Part shown: one piece after another, positions 7,918 through 15,082 of the stretch | Layout: every line of letters begins with the position of its first letter | How positions within the stretch are numbered: position 1 is the first letter of the stretch | Sequence record: DRR723986_1328 | Length of the DNA stretch: 20,969 nt | Reading direction: 5' to 3' (one strand) | Made by a program: the position numbers and the translations under genes | The notes under the pieces: model-generated | The model's input: the letters and a program-made list of their open reading frames with translations, nothing else | Databases searched by the model: none | Told to the model about the DNA's origin: nothing

Positions 7918-8054
7918 GTCAAACGGTCTCCTGGCCGGCTGGCCGGGCGGTCCGTCTCAGAGGAAATTTTGCCAAGAGGGAACGGCCACAGCCAGCGGTG
8001 TCGCTAGCTGCAAATAATGGTGATCGAAATGATGTTCCGTGTGGCCGTCATCAT
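7918..8054 (-). promoter_or_regulatory. Candidate ribosome-mediated (translational) attenuator 5' leader of the cysS...cimA operon
   Basis: Contains the leader ORF and three alternative helices: 8048-8040 with 7990-7982 (9 bp); 7995-7983 with 7945-7931 (13 bp, 2-nt bulge); 7978-7971 with 7935-7928 (8 bp, covers the SD). No U-tract terminator. Confidence 0.72.
8004..8054 (-). CDS. Leader peptide MMTATRNIISITIICS (16 aa; 5 Ile, 3 Thr, 1 Cys)
   Basis: Read directly from the minus strand: ATG ATG ACG GCC ACA CGG AAC ATC ATT TCG ATC ACC ATT ATT TGC AGC TAG. It ends 86 nt before the cysS ATG. Five of codons 8-14 are Ile. Confidence 0.75.
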   Translation of the reverse strand: MMTATRNIISITIICS

Positions 8055-8061
8055 GGAGCGC

Positions 8062-8092
8062 TTTATGGACCGGAAAACAGAACCCGGTCAAG
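8062..8092 (-). promoter_or_regulatory. Sigma70-type promoter predicted to start transcription at the leader-peptide ATG (leaderless)
   Basis: Minus strand: CTTGACC (8092-8086), N18, CATAAA (8067-8062), 7 nt, ATG (8054). No SD precedes the ATG. Confidence 0.6.
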
Positions 8093-8293
8093 GCTGCAGT
8101 TGCCGCTGAAACGCCAATTTCCGTGCCTTGTGGCCGCAACGCGTCACTCCCACGAGCGATAACGGATCGCGCGCTTTTCCTGTTGCGGCAACAAACGGGA
8201 TCGGCTTTGCAATGGCAAGGAAGCTTAACGCAGTTCAATTATGCGCAAGATGCACTAGACTTTCCCCGTTGGGAATCAGAGGGGGTATTTCCG

Positions 8294-9964
8294 ATGGGAA
8301 TATTTTGCACGTGCCGTAACAGACATCTTGGTCTTCTTTTCACGCTGGCAGCGTTTTTGTCCGGACCACTTTCGGCACCATATGTCCAGGCACAAACCGC
8401 GGCACCGGCGACCAGCGAGACCCAGGTCGTTCCGCCCCCTGTTTTCAAGGAACCGCAGACGCCGATCGCCAGGGCCATTCAGGCGCAAGTTTCTACGAAA
8501 CTGCCCGAAGGTCTTGCACTCTATTATGGCGAACGCGCTTTCGCACCGGTCTGGTTCAACGAGAATGGCCTGACGGAAGATGCTCATCTGACCATTGCCG
8601 CCATGGCGGCGGCGAACGACCACGCACTCAACCCCAACAATTACGATCCCCTCGGCTTCATAAAGCGTTCGGAAACTTCCCAGAGCGAGCAGGAATGGGC
8701 CCAGTTCGATCTGGACCTGTCCGTACAGTTCCTGCGCTATGCGACCCACCTCTCCTCCGGCCGCGTTCAACCCAACAAGGTCAACAAGGCGCTGAACGTG
8801 TTTCCGGATCGGCCTGATCCGAAAATGCTTTTTGAAAATGCCGAACAGGCCGTGGACTTCGGGGCCTTTCTGGAAAGCCTCGCACCCCAGACCGACAATT
8901 ACGCGCGCCTGAAGCGGCGCCTTGCCCAATACCGGGAGAAGGCTGCTGCCGGCGGCTTTACTCAGGTTCCGGATGGTGAGGTTCTGAAACCGGGTATGAG
9001 CGATCCGCGCCTGGAGGTTTTGCGAACCCGGCTCATGGAAGAAGACATTGTCGTTGCCGGAGATCACACCGGTGATGTCTATGACGGCGCCCTGGTGGAA
9101 GCCGTCAAGCTGTTCCAAGAGTACCACGGCCTTGAAACCGACGGTGTCATCGGCAAGGCGACAATTGCCCAGCTCAACATTCCGATCCAGGAAAAGCTCA
9201 TCCAGATGGAGCTCAACATGGAGCGGCGGCGCTGGATGCCGGATGATCCGGGACAGTTCTACGTCTTCGTCAATCTGGCAGACCAGAACCTGAAGGTGGT
9301 GCGTGACGGAAAGACCATTCACACGGCGCGGGTCGTTGTAGGCAAGCCCTACCACGCAACGCCAGTGTTTTCCGACCGGCTGGAATATGTGGAAATCAAC
9401 CCGTACTGGAACGTGCCCTATTCCATCGCGACGAAGGAGTATCTGCCGAAACTCAAGCAGAACCCCACGGCGCTCAGCAACAAGAGCATCCGGATCTTCC
9501 AGGAAGGCAACGAGGTCGCGCCGACACAGGTTGCCTGGAACAGCTATTCCGGTGGCAATTTCCCGTTCCGGCTGCGCCAGGACCCGGGTGAGGACAATGC
9601 GCTTGGTCGCATCAAATTCATGTTCCCCAACCAGTTCAACATCTACATTCACGACACCCCGTCGAAATCCCTGTTCACCAGAGCGGAGCGCGCCTTCAGC
9701 CACGGCTGCATTCGCGTATCGGATCCCTTTGCCCTGGCGGACGTTCTTCTGGTCGATTCCGACGGCACTCCGGGAAAATGGGAAGCCATTCGCGACAGCG
9801 GCGAGCGTACGGTCGTCAAAACCAAGGTCGAAATCGACGTGCACCTCACCTACCTGACCGCGTGGATGAACAAGGACGGATCAACACATTTCAGAAAAGA
9901 CATCTACGACCGCGACAAGGTGCTGCTGGAAGCGCTACGCAGAGCGATGACAGAGAACCTCTAG
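8294..9964 (+). CDS. L,D-transpeptidase (YcbB/LdtD-like: scaffold, peptidoglycan-binding and YkuD domains)
   Basis: Signal peptide ending VQA-Q; PG-binding motif AVKLFQ.YHGL..DG.IG..T; VVVGK...TP, NPYWNVP.SI, NALGRIKFMFPN and catalytic IYIHDTP...SHGCIRV. GAGGGGG SD precedes ATG 8294. Confidence 0.93.
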   Translation: MGIFCTCRNRHLGLLFTLAAFLSGPLSAPYVQAQTAAPATSETQVVPPPVFKEPQTPIARAIQAQVSTKLPEGLALYYGERAFAPVWFNENGLTEDAHLTIAAMAAANDHALNPNNYDPLGFIKRSETSQSEQEWAQFDLDLSVQFLRYATHLSSGRVQPNKVNKALNVFPDRPDPKMLFENAEQAVDFGAFLESLAPQTDNYARLKRRLAQYREKAAAGGFTQVPDGEVLKPGMSDPRLEVLRTRLMEEDIVVAGDHTGDVYDGALVEAVKLFQEYHGLETDGVIGKATIAQLNIPIQEKLIQMELNMERRRWMPDDPGQFYVFVNLADQNLKVVRDGKTIHTARVVVGKPYHATPVFSDRLEYVEINPYWNVPYSIATKEYLPKLKQNPTALSNKSIRIFQEGNEVAPTQVAWNSYSGGNFPFRLRQDPGEDNALGRIKFMFPNQFNIYIHDTPSKSLFTRAERAFSHGCIRVSDPFALADVLLVDSDGTPGKWEAIRDSGERTVVKTKVEIDVHLTYLTAWMNKDGSTHFRKDIYDRDKVLLEALRRAMTENL

Positions 9965-10000
9965 AGGCATAACACACTGTTCTAATTGAACTTTACTTCT

Positions 10001-10016
10001 GTTTAGATATCTGAAC
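10001..10016. promoter_or_regulatory. Near-perfect 16-bp palindrome, possible ArsR/SqrR-type operator
   Basis: GTTTAGAT-ATCTGAAC has one mismatch and lies in the AT-rich gap upstream of the small ORF and the ArsR gene. Confidence 0.35.
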
Positions 10017-10103
10017 GGTAGCTGAATGCGGCACTCAGCATGGGTTCAAGCCGGCACCACTAATCTCCAGTCAATCGAAACGGATTGCCATCTGGAGTTA
10101 CCC

Positions 10104-10292
10104 ATGCTGAACCGCCTCTTCGTCATCTTCTTCCTGGCCCTCATCCTGGGTGGCCCGTTTGCAGCCATCATCGCAATCACCGACGGCACCAAGGCGTTTG
10201 GCCAGGAAGCCCAGCAAAAGGGCATGTGCCTGACCACCGGAACCGGCTGCGGCAACGGGAATATCATTGTCACGGTGGCCAGTCGGATATAA
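10104..10292 (+). CDS. Small hypothetical secreted or membrane protein (62 aa) with a C-x6-C motif
   Basis: GGAG SD at 10094-10097, GC3-rich codons, hydrophobic N-terminus (LFVIFFLALILGGPFAAIIAI) and C-terminal MCLTTGTGCGNG. Confidence 0.65.
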   Translation: MLNRLFVIFFLALILGGPFAAIIAITDGTKAFGQEAQQKGMCLTTGTGCGNGNIIVTVASRI

Positions 10293-10427
10293 AAGCGCGC
10301 TCGCAGGCATTGCGGGAACTGGTGAACGTTCACCTGAAAGCGTGTGTACTTCAAAGTTGTTTCCACTTGAAAAGAGTGGGAATCTTGTCTGAGATTGGTC
10401 GCACACAGGACATTCCAGCCTCTTTGC

Positions 10428-10456
10428 TTGCAGTTTACTCCGATGTTTGGCAAGGT
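10428..10456 (+). promoter_or_regulatory. Putative promoter for a leaderless ArsR-family gene
   Basis: TTGCAG (10428-10433), N17, CAAGGT (10451-10456), N6, ATG (10463). No clear SD. Confidence 0.35.
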
Positions 10457-10462
10457 TGTCCC

Positions 10463-10804
10463 ATGGACTACAAAGCACTTGAAGATAAAGCAGAATCCGC
10501 GGCGGAATTCTTGAAGATGATGGCATCCGCGCCGCGATTGCTGTTGATGTGTCTTGTCCTCGACAACGAACGCAGCGTTGGCGAACTGGCAGAAAAAACC
10601 GGCATGCGCATGCCGACCGTCTCGCAGCAGCTCGCTCTTCTGCGCGCGCAGGGTCTCGTCTCGACCCGTCGCGAAGGCACGACCATCTATTACCGGCTCG
10701 CCAGCGAACCGGTCAGGGACATCATGTCCGTGCTTTACAAGAACTTCTGCGCGGATGCCGAACTGCCCGGCCCAAAGCAGCTGGAAGCTCTGGACGCGGA
10801 CTGA
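10463..10804 (+). CDS. ArsR/SmtB family regulator, SqrR/BigR-like persulfide-sensor type
   Basis: HTH SVGELAE.......VSQQLALLR..GLV..RREG.TIYYRL, with paired cysteines in RLLLMC (helix 2) and LYKNFC (helix 5). Confidence 0.88.
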   Translation: MDYKALEDKAESAAEFLKMMASAPRLLLMCLVLDNERSVGELAEKTGMRMPTVSQQLALLRAQGLVSTRREGTTIYYRLASEPVRDIMSVLYKNFCADAELPGPKQLEALDAD

Positions 10805-10831
10805 TCCGCGTCCTTCGAGTATTCCCCGGCC

Positions 10832-11347
10832 TTAGTCCTGGACGAAATCACCGCATTTCGGGGGCTGCTGATCTCCCCAGGGCATCAACGGCACGGTTGA
10901 GGTCGAGTTTTTAGGGCTGCCTTCAATCAGCTTGTCGGAATAGACCAGATAGACAAGAACGTTTCGCTTGGCATCGCAGCCACGGACGATCCGCATTTTC
11001 TTGAACATGAACGAGCGGCGCTGGCGGAACATTTCCTCGCCCTGTTCGAAGTTCTCCTTGATTGTGACCGGGCCAACCTGACGGCACGCCAACGATACGT
11101 CAGAGACTTCTTCCGCAACGCCGAGCCAACCGGAAACGCCGCCTTTCTCCGGAACCGTGAAGTGGCAGGAGACACCGTCGACAATCGGATCGTCTATGGC
11201 GTAGGTCGCCAACTTGTGGTCGGGCGTCAGGAACTTCCAGACGGTTGATTTCTTGAAGATCAGATCAGGCTCATCCGCCGCAAGAGCAGCGCCCACGCCT
11301 TGCAGCAGCAAAGATGCGCCAAGAGCGGCGGTGACCAGAAAACGCAT
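10832..11347 (-). CDS. creA: CreA family periplasmic protein
   Basis: Signal peptide (ALA-A), DDP.V.GVSCH, GWLGVAEE.SD.SLACRQVGP and LVYLVYSDKLIEGSPKNS. GGAGG SD. Confidence 0.9.
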   Translation of the reverse strand: MRFLVTAALGASLLLQGVGAALAADEPDLIFKKSTVWKFLTPDHKLATYAIDDPIVDGVSCHFTVPEKGGVSGWLGVAEEVSDVSLACRQVGPVTIKENFEQGEEMFRQRRSFMFKKMRIVRGCDAKRNVLVYLVYSDKLIEGSPKNSTSTVPLMPWGDQQPPKCGDFVQD

Positions 11348-11378
11348 TAGAAATCCTCCAGATTTTCAACCGCCCAAC

Positions 11379-11406
11379 ATGTGGGGATCACGAAAGCGCG
11401 ATCAAG
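11379..11406 (-). promoter_or_regulatory. Putative RpoH (sigma32)-type promoter of creA
   Basis: Minus strand reads CTTGAT-N14-CCCCACAT, against the sigma32 consensus CTTGAA-N13/14-CCCCATNT. Confidence 0.5.
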
Positions 11407-11415
11407 CGTCAGACG

Positions 11416-11447
11416 AAAAACAAAGCACGCGCCCAGCAGGCGCGCGC
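11416..11447 (-). terminator. Intrinsic terminator of the MBL-fold gene
   Basis: Minus strand GCGCGCGCC-TGCTG-GGCGCGTGC followed by TTTGTTTTT, 36 nt after the stop codon. Confidence 0.75.
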
Positions 11448-11483
11448 CTCACAACTTCATCTTACCGGGTTTTCGACGCGATG

Positions 11484-12734
11484 TTAGCGGGCGTCTTCAA
11501 GAACCTTGTCTGCGGCCGCCTTTTCTTCAGGAGCCGGTGTATCCGACGGTTTTTCGTCCTCGACGATGTCCTCGGCCGATAGCTCCATGTCTTCGCTGTC
11601 TTCCGGCTGCTCCTCTTCAGAACCGAGTGCAAGCGAGGCAGCAAAATCGCTGTCCGAGACGAGATCGGATGCTTGTGCTTCTCCGCCCGTTGCCGAAGCC
11701 TCTTCCGAGACTTCCGCCGCGGGCGCATCGGCGATAGCCATTTCCGCCGCAACCTGCTCCGGTGCCCCCTCACTCAGCCCGGCTGTTCCGTCCAGGGCAT
11801 CGTAAAGATCGGCGATCCGTTCCCGTGTCCATATCTGGGGCTGGTCGAGGCCAAGAGCTTCGTCGTAGGCCCGGGCAACGCTTATGGGCAGATGAAATTC
11901 AAAGTCGGCCTTCGAGCCGAAACGGGCAGCAAGCGCGTCACGAACAGCCTGGAAAGTATCCTTCAGACCAAGGCTCTGTTCGACGCATGCAACTGCCGCG
12001 TCCCGCAAGGTCACGACAAAATCACGGGTCGTTTCAACGGCCGTTGCCACGGCTTGCGCACCGATGGCGGATTTCCCGCGTCCCGGCATCAGCGCAGTCG
12101 GACGAAACGCCGTGATGCGGTCGAGCGCGCGCGGCCAGTCGGCCAGATGGGCATCTCCGCAATAGGGAACAGCGGCTTTCTGAACCAGATCTCCCGCGAA
12201 GATCACGCCACTTTGCGGAACCCATACGACCAGATCACCCATCGTATGGGCGCGGCCCAGATGCATCAGCCGGACGTCCAGCCCGCCAAGGTCGATGGTC
12301 ATTGAAGATGCAATGGTCATGGACGGCATGCTTACACCGGTGTTGCCGGGTAGTCCGGCGAACAGTGCCGCATCCCGCTCCCGGGCCACGCGGATTTCCT
12401 CGACGCCGCGGGTTTCCATCATCCGTCTGGTCAGATCGGAAGCAATGACCTCGCCCGGCTCGAATGCCAGGGCACCAAGTGTGTTGTCTGAATGGAAGTG
12501 CGTCAGAACAACCTGTTTGATCGGCTTGTCCGTGAGCTCGCGAACCTTCTGCAGAACCTTTTCCGCAAGGGCCGGCGTTGCCTGGGCATCGACAATCAGA
12601 ACACCTTTTTCGCCGATGACCACGCCGGTGTTGGAACAGCCATCCGCGCTATAGGCATAACAGCCGCGTCCAAGCTCTTCGAACCGTTCGTTTTCACCCG
12701 GAACGGCTTCGGACCTGTTTGTCATCTCTACCAT
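11484..12734 (-). CDS. MBL-fold metallo-hydrolase family protein with a long acidic C-terminal tail
   Basis: NTGVVIGEKGVLIVDAQ, THFHSDN, HLGRAHTMGD, FAGDLV and LMPGRG. The last ~100 aa are Glu/Asp/Ala-rich low complexity. An alternative start exists at 12725. Confidence 0.88.
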   Translation of the reverse strand: MVEMTNRSEAVPGENERFEELGRGCYAYSADGCSNTGVVIGEKGVLIVDAQATPALAEKVLQKVRELTDKPIKQVVLTHFHSDNTLGALAFEPGEVIASDLTRRMMETRGVEEIRVARERDAALFAGLPGNTGVSMPSMTIASSMTIDLGGLDVRLMHLGRAHTMGDLVVWVPQSGVIFAGDLVQKAAVPYCGDAHLADWPRALDRITAFRPTALMPGRGKSAIGAQAVATAVETTRDFVVTLRDAAVACVEQSLGLKDTFQAVRDALAARFGSKADFEFHLPISVARAYDEALGLDQPQIWTRERIADLYDALDGTAGLSEGAPEQVAAEMAIADAPAAEVSEEASATGGEAQASDLVSDSDFAASLALGSEEEQPEDSEDMELSAEDIVEDEKPSDTPAPEEKAAADKVLEDAR

Positions 12735-13104
12735 AACGGTCTCGCTTTCCTGCCAGATGTCTGACTGCCTGTTTCGGCCTGCGCGAACTTTGCCGCGCTT
12801 TTTCCTGTTGACTGAAGCGTCTCAGTTTCGGTGTCTGATTCGCAATTTTTCACGCGCCAATTCCTTAACTATTCTCTCTTTATCAACAGATAGGTCAGCT
12901 CTTTCGCCGTATTTTGACTGCACCAAACAAAGCTCTTCGCCATACTTGCTTTCAATCCTGCTACTTTTTCGTAGCTGCCCGGGGTGTCTTTCCGGGGTTA
13001 TTCAACCGGATATACTTGCTAGTCACAGAAAATGGCCGGATAACGGCATTGTTCATCTGCCTGCTCAATCAGGCTTAACGAATCTCCAAGGCGTCGACTT
13101 ATCC

Positions 13105-13605
13105 ATGTCCGATCAGCAAGGGTCCAAATCCACTGTTTCCCCAGGCAAGGTACCTTCCAAACCTGTCCTGAAGCTGAGCGCATTCCTGCCTTACAGGCTC
13201 AACCATCTGGCCGAGACCGTCAGCAGGTCCTTTTCCAGAATTTATGCCGACACCTACGGTATCGGGATTCCCGAATGGCGGGTGCTTGCCACTCTTGGCG
13301 AATACAAGGCCATGACCGCACGAGATATCAGCCAGGCAACCTCCATGCACAAGACCAAGGTCAGCCGGGCTGTCGCCGCCCTGGAAAAGCGCGACCTGCT
13401 TGTGCGTGACAAGAACAGGGACGATCAGCGGGAACAGACCCTGTGCCTCTCTGACCAGGGCAATGCCATGTACGAAGAAATTGTCCCTCAAGCCCTCGCC
13501 TACAGCAAGAGCCTGGAAGACGCGCTGACAGAGGAACAGAAATCGGTCCTGGACGAGATTTTCGACCGTCTGCACGAGGCCACGCGATCCGGGGAAAGCG
13601 ACTGA
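13105..13605 (+). CDS. MarR family transcriptional regulator
   Basis: FLPYRLNHLA, IPEWRVLATLG, HKTKVSRAV..LE.R.L and DQRE..L.LS..G. ATG 13105 chosen; the upstream extension to 12757 does not look protein-like. Confidence 0.92.
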   Translation: MSDQQGSKSTVSPGKVPSKPVLKLSAFLPYRLNHLAETVSRSFSRIYADTYGIGIPEWRVLATLGEYKAMTARDISQATSMHKTKVSRAVAALEKRDLLVRDKNRDDQREQTLCLSDQGNAMYEEIVPQALAYSKSLEDALTEEQKSVLDEIFDRLHEATRSGESD

Positions 13606-13741
13606 AATCCTGCGTGGTCCTGCCGCTCCGCCATTAACCTAACGTGAGAGCTTTCATTGCTATTGATAGGTCCAGCAGCGATAGTGCCGGGGTCGGTTGA
13701 AGGCCGATACGGCGTGGCAAAAACGCTGTAGGGGATGGGTG

Positions 13742-15082
13742 ATGAGACGTAGCTGGTCTGCCGGGTCCAAGGTTATGGCACGCGCTGTCGCGTTTGGTGT
13801 CGGGCTTGTGCTGTGCGCACATACCGCGAGCGCGGCCACCTGCTCCAGCCTGAAGGACGAACTGCAGCGGCTGGAATCGCGCTCGACGGCACAGTCTCCC
13901 GCAGCCCAGAAATGGACCACCGCCAAATCCCAGCAGCAAAAGGCCATCAATGCCGCAGAACGGGATGCAAACTACTTCGGCTGCGCTTCAAACGCATCCC
14001 CCAAATGCAGCGGTCTCAATGACAAGATCAAGCGCATGAAGGCCAACCTTTCTGCGATTGAACGTCAGCTTGCGAAATCCGGTGGCGGATCGTCTAAGAA
14101 TGCAAAACGTGTAAGGCAGATCCGGGCCTCGCTGGCAAAACAGAAATGTGATGCCCCGACCCGCGAAGCACGCCAACAAAACGCCAGAGGTGAGGACAAG
14201 CCGCAGTCTCTTCTGGCACGCATCTTCAACCCGCAGCCGCGCGTCGAACTTGCCTCCGTAACGACGGGCGACCGGGAAATCGCTTCGGTGCGCCGGCAAG
14301 CCCGCAGCGAAACCAAACAATATTCCCTGCCTTCCGGTGGCGCATTCCGGACCGTTTGTGTTAGAACCTGCGACGGCTATTTCTTCCCCGTGAGTTTTTC
14401 GACGGGCAAGAGCCAGTTTGCCAATGACGAAGCAAGATGTTCGGAAATCTGTCCGGCTGCGGAAACCGAACTATACGTCTATCGCAACCCGGGTGGCGAC
14501 CAGGCCCAGATGATGTCTCTGGCCGGCAACCTCTACTCCGAACAGCCCTTCGCCTATCGCTACAAGAGCGAATTCGTTGAAGGCTGCAGTTGCCGTGCAA
14601 CGCGGCAATCGAAGGCGCAGTCGGCCTGGACGGATCTCAGCACCGGTTCGGGAAACAGGGTATTCTTCACCGACATCAGCGCCGGCCTTCCCAGGCGGAC
14701 ACTTCAGCCAAGCCGCGGTGGAACCTACGAACACGAAGAAGACCTTCCCTCTCCGCTGACCAGAACCCCGCTGACCAGAACGCAGCTTCCGCGTTTTGAA
14801 GATCCGGACACGCTCATGAACATGGAAAAGGGCTTCGACGTGTCGGCGCGGCTTGATCTCGCCGCGACACGACTTGAGCGCGACGAGGACAAGGTTGCTT
14901 CAAGTTCCGGTTTCAAGGACGGTTTCCCGGTCCTGTCGATGCATTCCCCCAAGGAAACGGATGACGAGGAACTGGCGGCTTTTTCGCCTGTGTTCAAGGC
15001 AGAAGACGACGGTTTTAGCGCAGCGCCGGACCGAAAGGCCCCTGTCAGGGTAGTCGGTCCAGAATATTTTGTCGCCCAATAA
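13742..15082 (+). CDS. DUF2865 domain-containing secreted Cys-rich protein
   Basis: Signal peptide (ASA-A), coiled-coil N-terminus, [28 protein letters not shown]...P.A..Y......CSC and C-terminal VRVVGP. Start uncertain (13697, 13742 or 13775). Confidence 0.85.
   Translation: MRRSWSAGSKVMARAVAFGVGLVLCAHTASAATCSSLKDELQRLESRSTAQSPAAQKWTTAKSQQQKAINAAERDANYFGCASNASPKCSGLNDKIKRMKANLSAIERQLAKSGGGSSKNAKRVRQIRASLAKQKCDAPTREARQQNARGEDKPQSLLARIFNPQPRVELASVTTGDREIASVRRQARSETKQYSLPSGGAFRTVCVRTCDGYFFPVSFSTGKSQFANDEARCSEICPAAETELYVYRNPGGDQAQMMSLAGNLYSEQPFAYRYKSEFVEGCSCRATRQSKAQSAWTDLSTGSGNRVFFTDISAGLPRRTLQPSRGGTYEHEEDLPSPLTRTPLTRTQLPRFEDPDTLMNMEKGFDVSARLDLAATRLERDEDKVASSSGFKDGFPVLSMHSPKETDDEELAAFSPVFKAEDDGFSAAPDRKAPVRVVGPEYFVAQ

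Noticed and set aside
8181-8240. Palindrome TGTTGC-G-GCAACA and a TTAAC half-site upstream of the L,D-transpeptidase
   Set aside because: No full CtrA or sigma54 spacing, and a 6-bp-arm palindrome could arise by chance.
8039-8293. N-terminal extension of the L,D-transpeptidase to GTG 8039
   Set aside because: It overlaps the divergent cysS promoter and leader. The SD and signal peptide fit ATG 8294.
8276-9844. 522-aa minus-strand ORF
   Set aside because: Antisense shadow of the L,D-transpeptidase with no recognisable motifs; typical of high-GC codon bias.
10085-10462. N-terminal extension of ArsR (239-aa ORF)
   Set aside because: It overlaps the better-supported 62-aa ORF in another frame. 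The ArsR domain begins at ATG 10463.
11484-12734. MBL-fold gene as the persulfide dioxygenase partner of the SqrR-like regulator
   Set aside because: It lacks the HxHADH motif and the size of ETHE1/PDO enzymes, and it is arranged with MarR rather than ArsR.
12757-13104. N-terminal extension of MarR, and a possible ncRNA in the long MBL-MarR spacer
   Set aside because: The extension is not protein-like. Only short scattered dyads were seen, with no convincing operator or RNA family.
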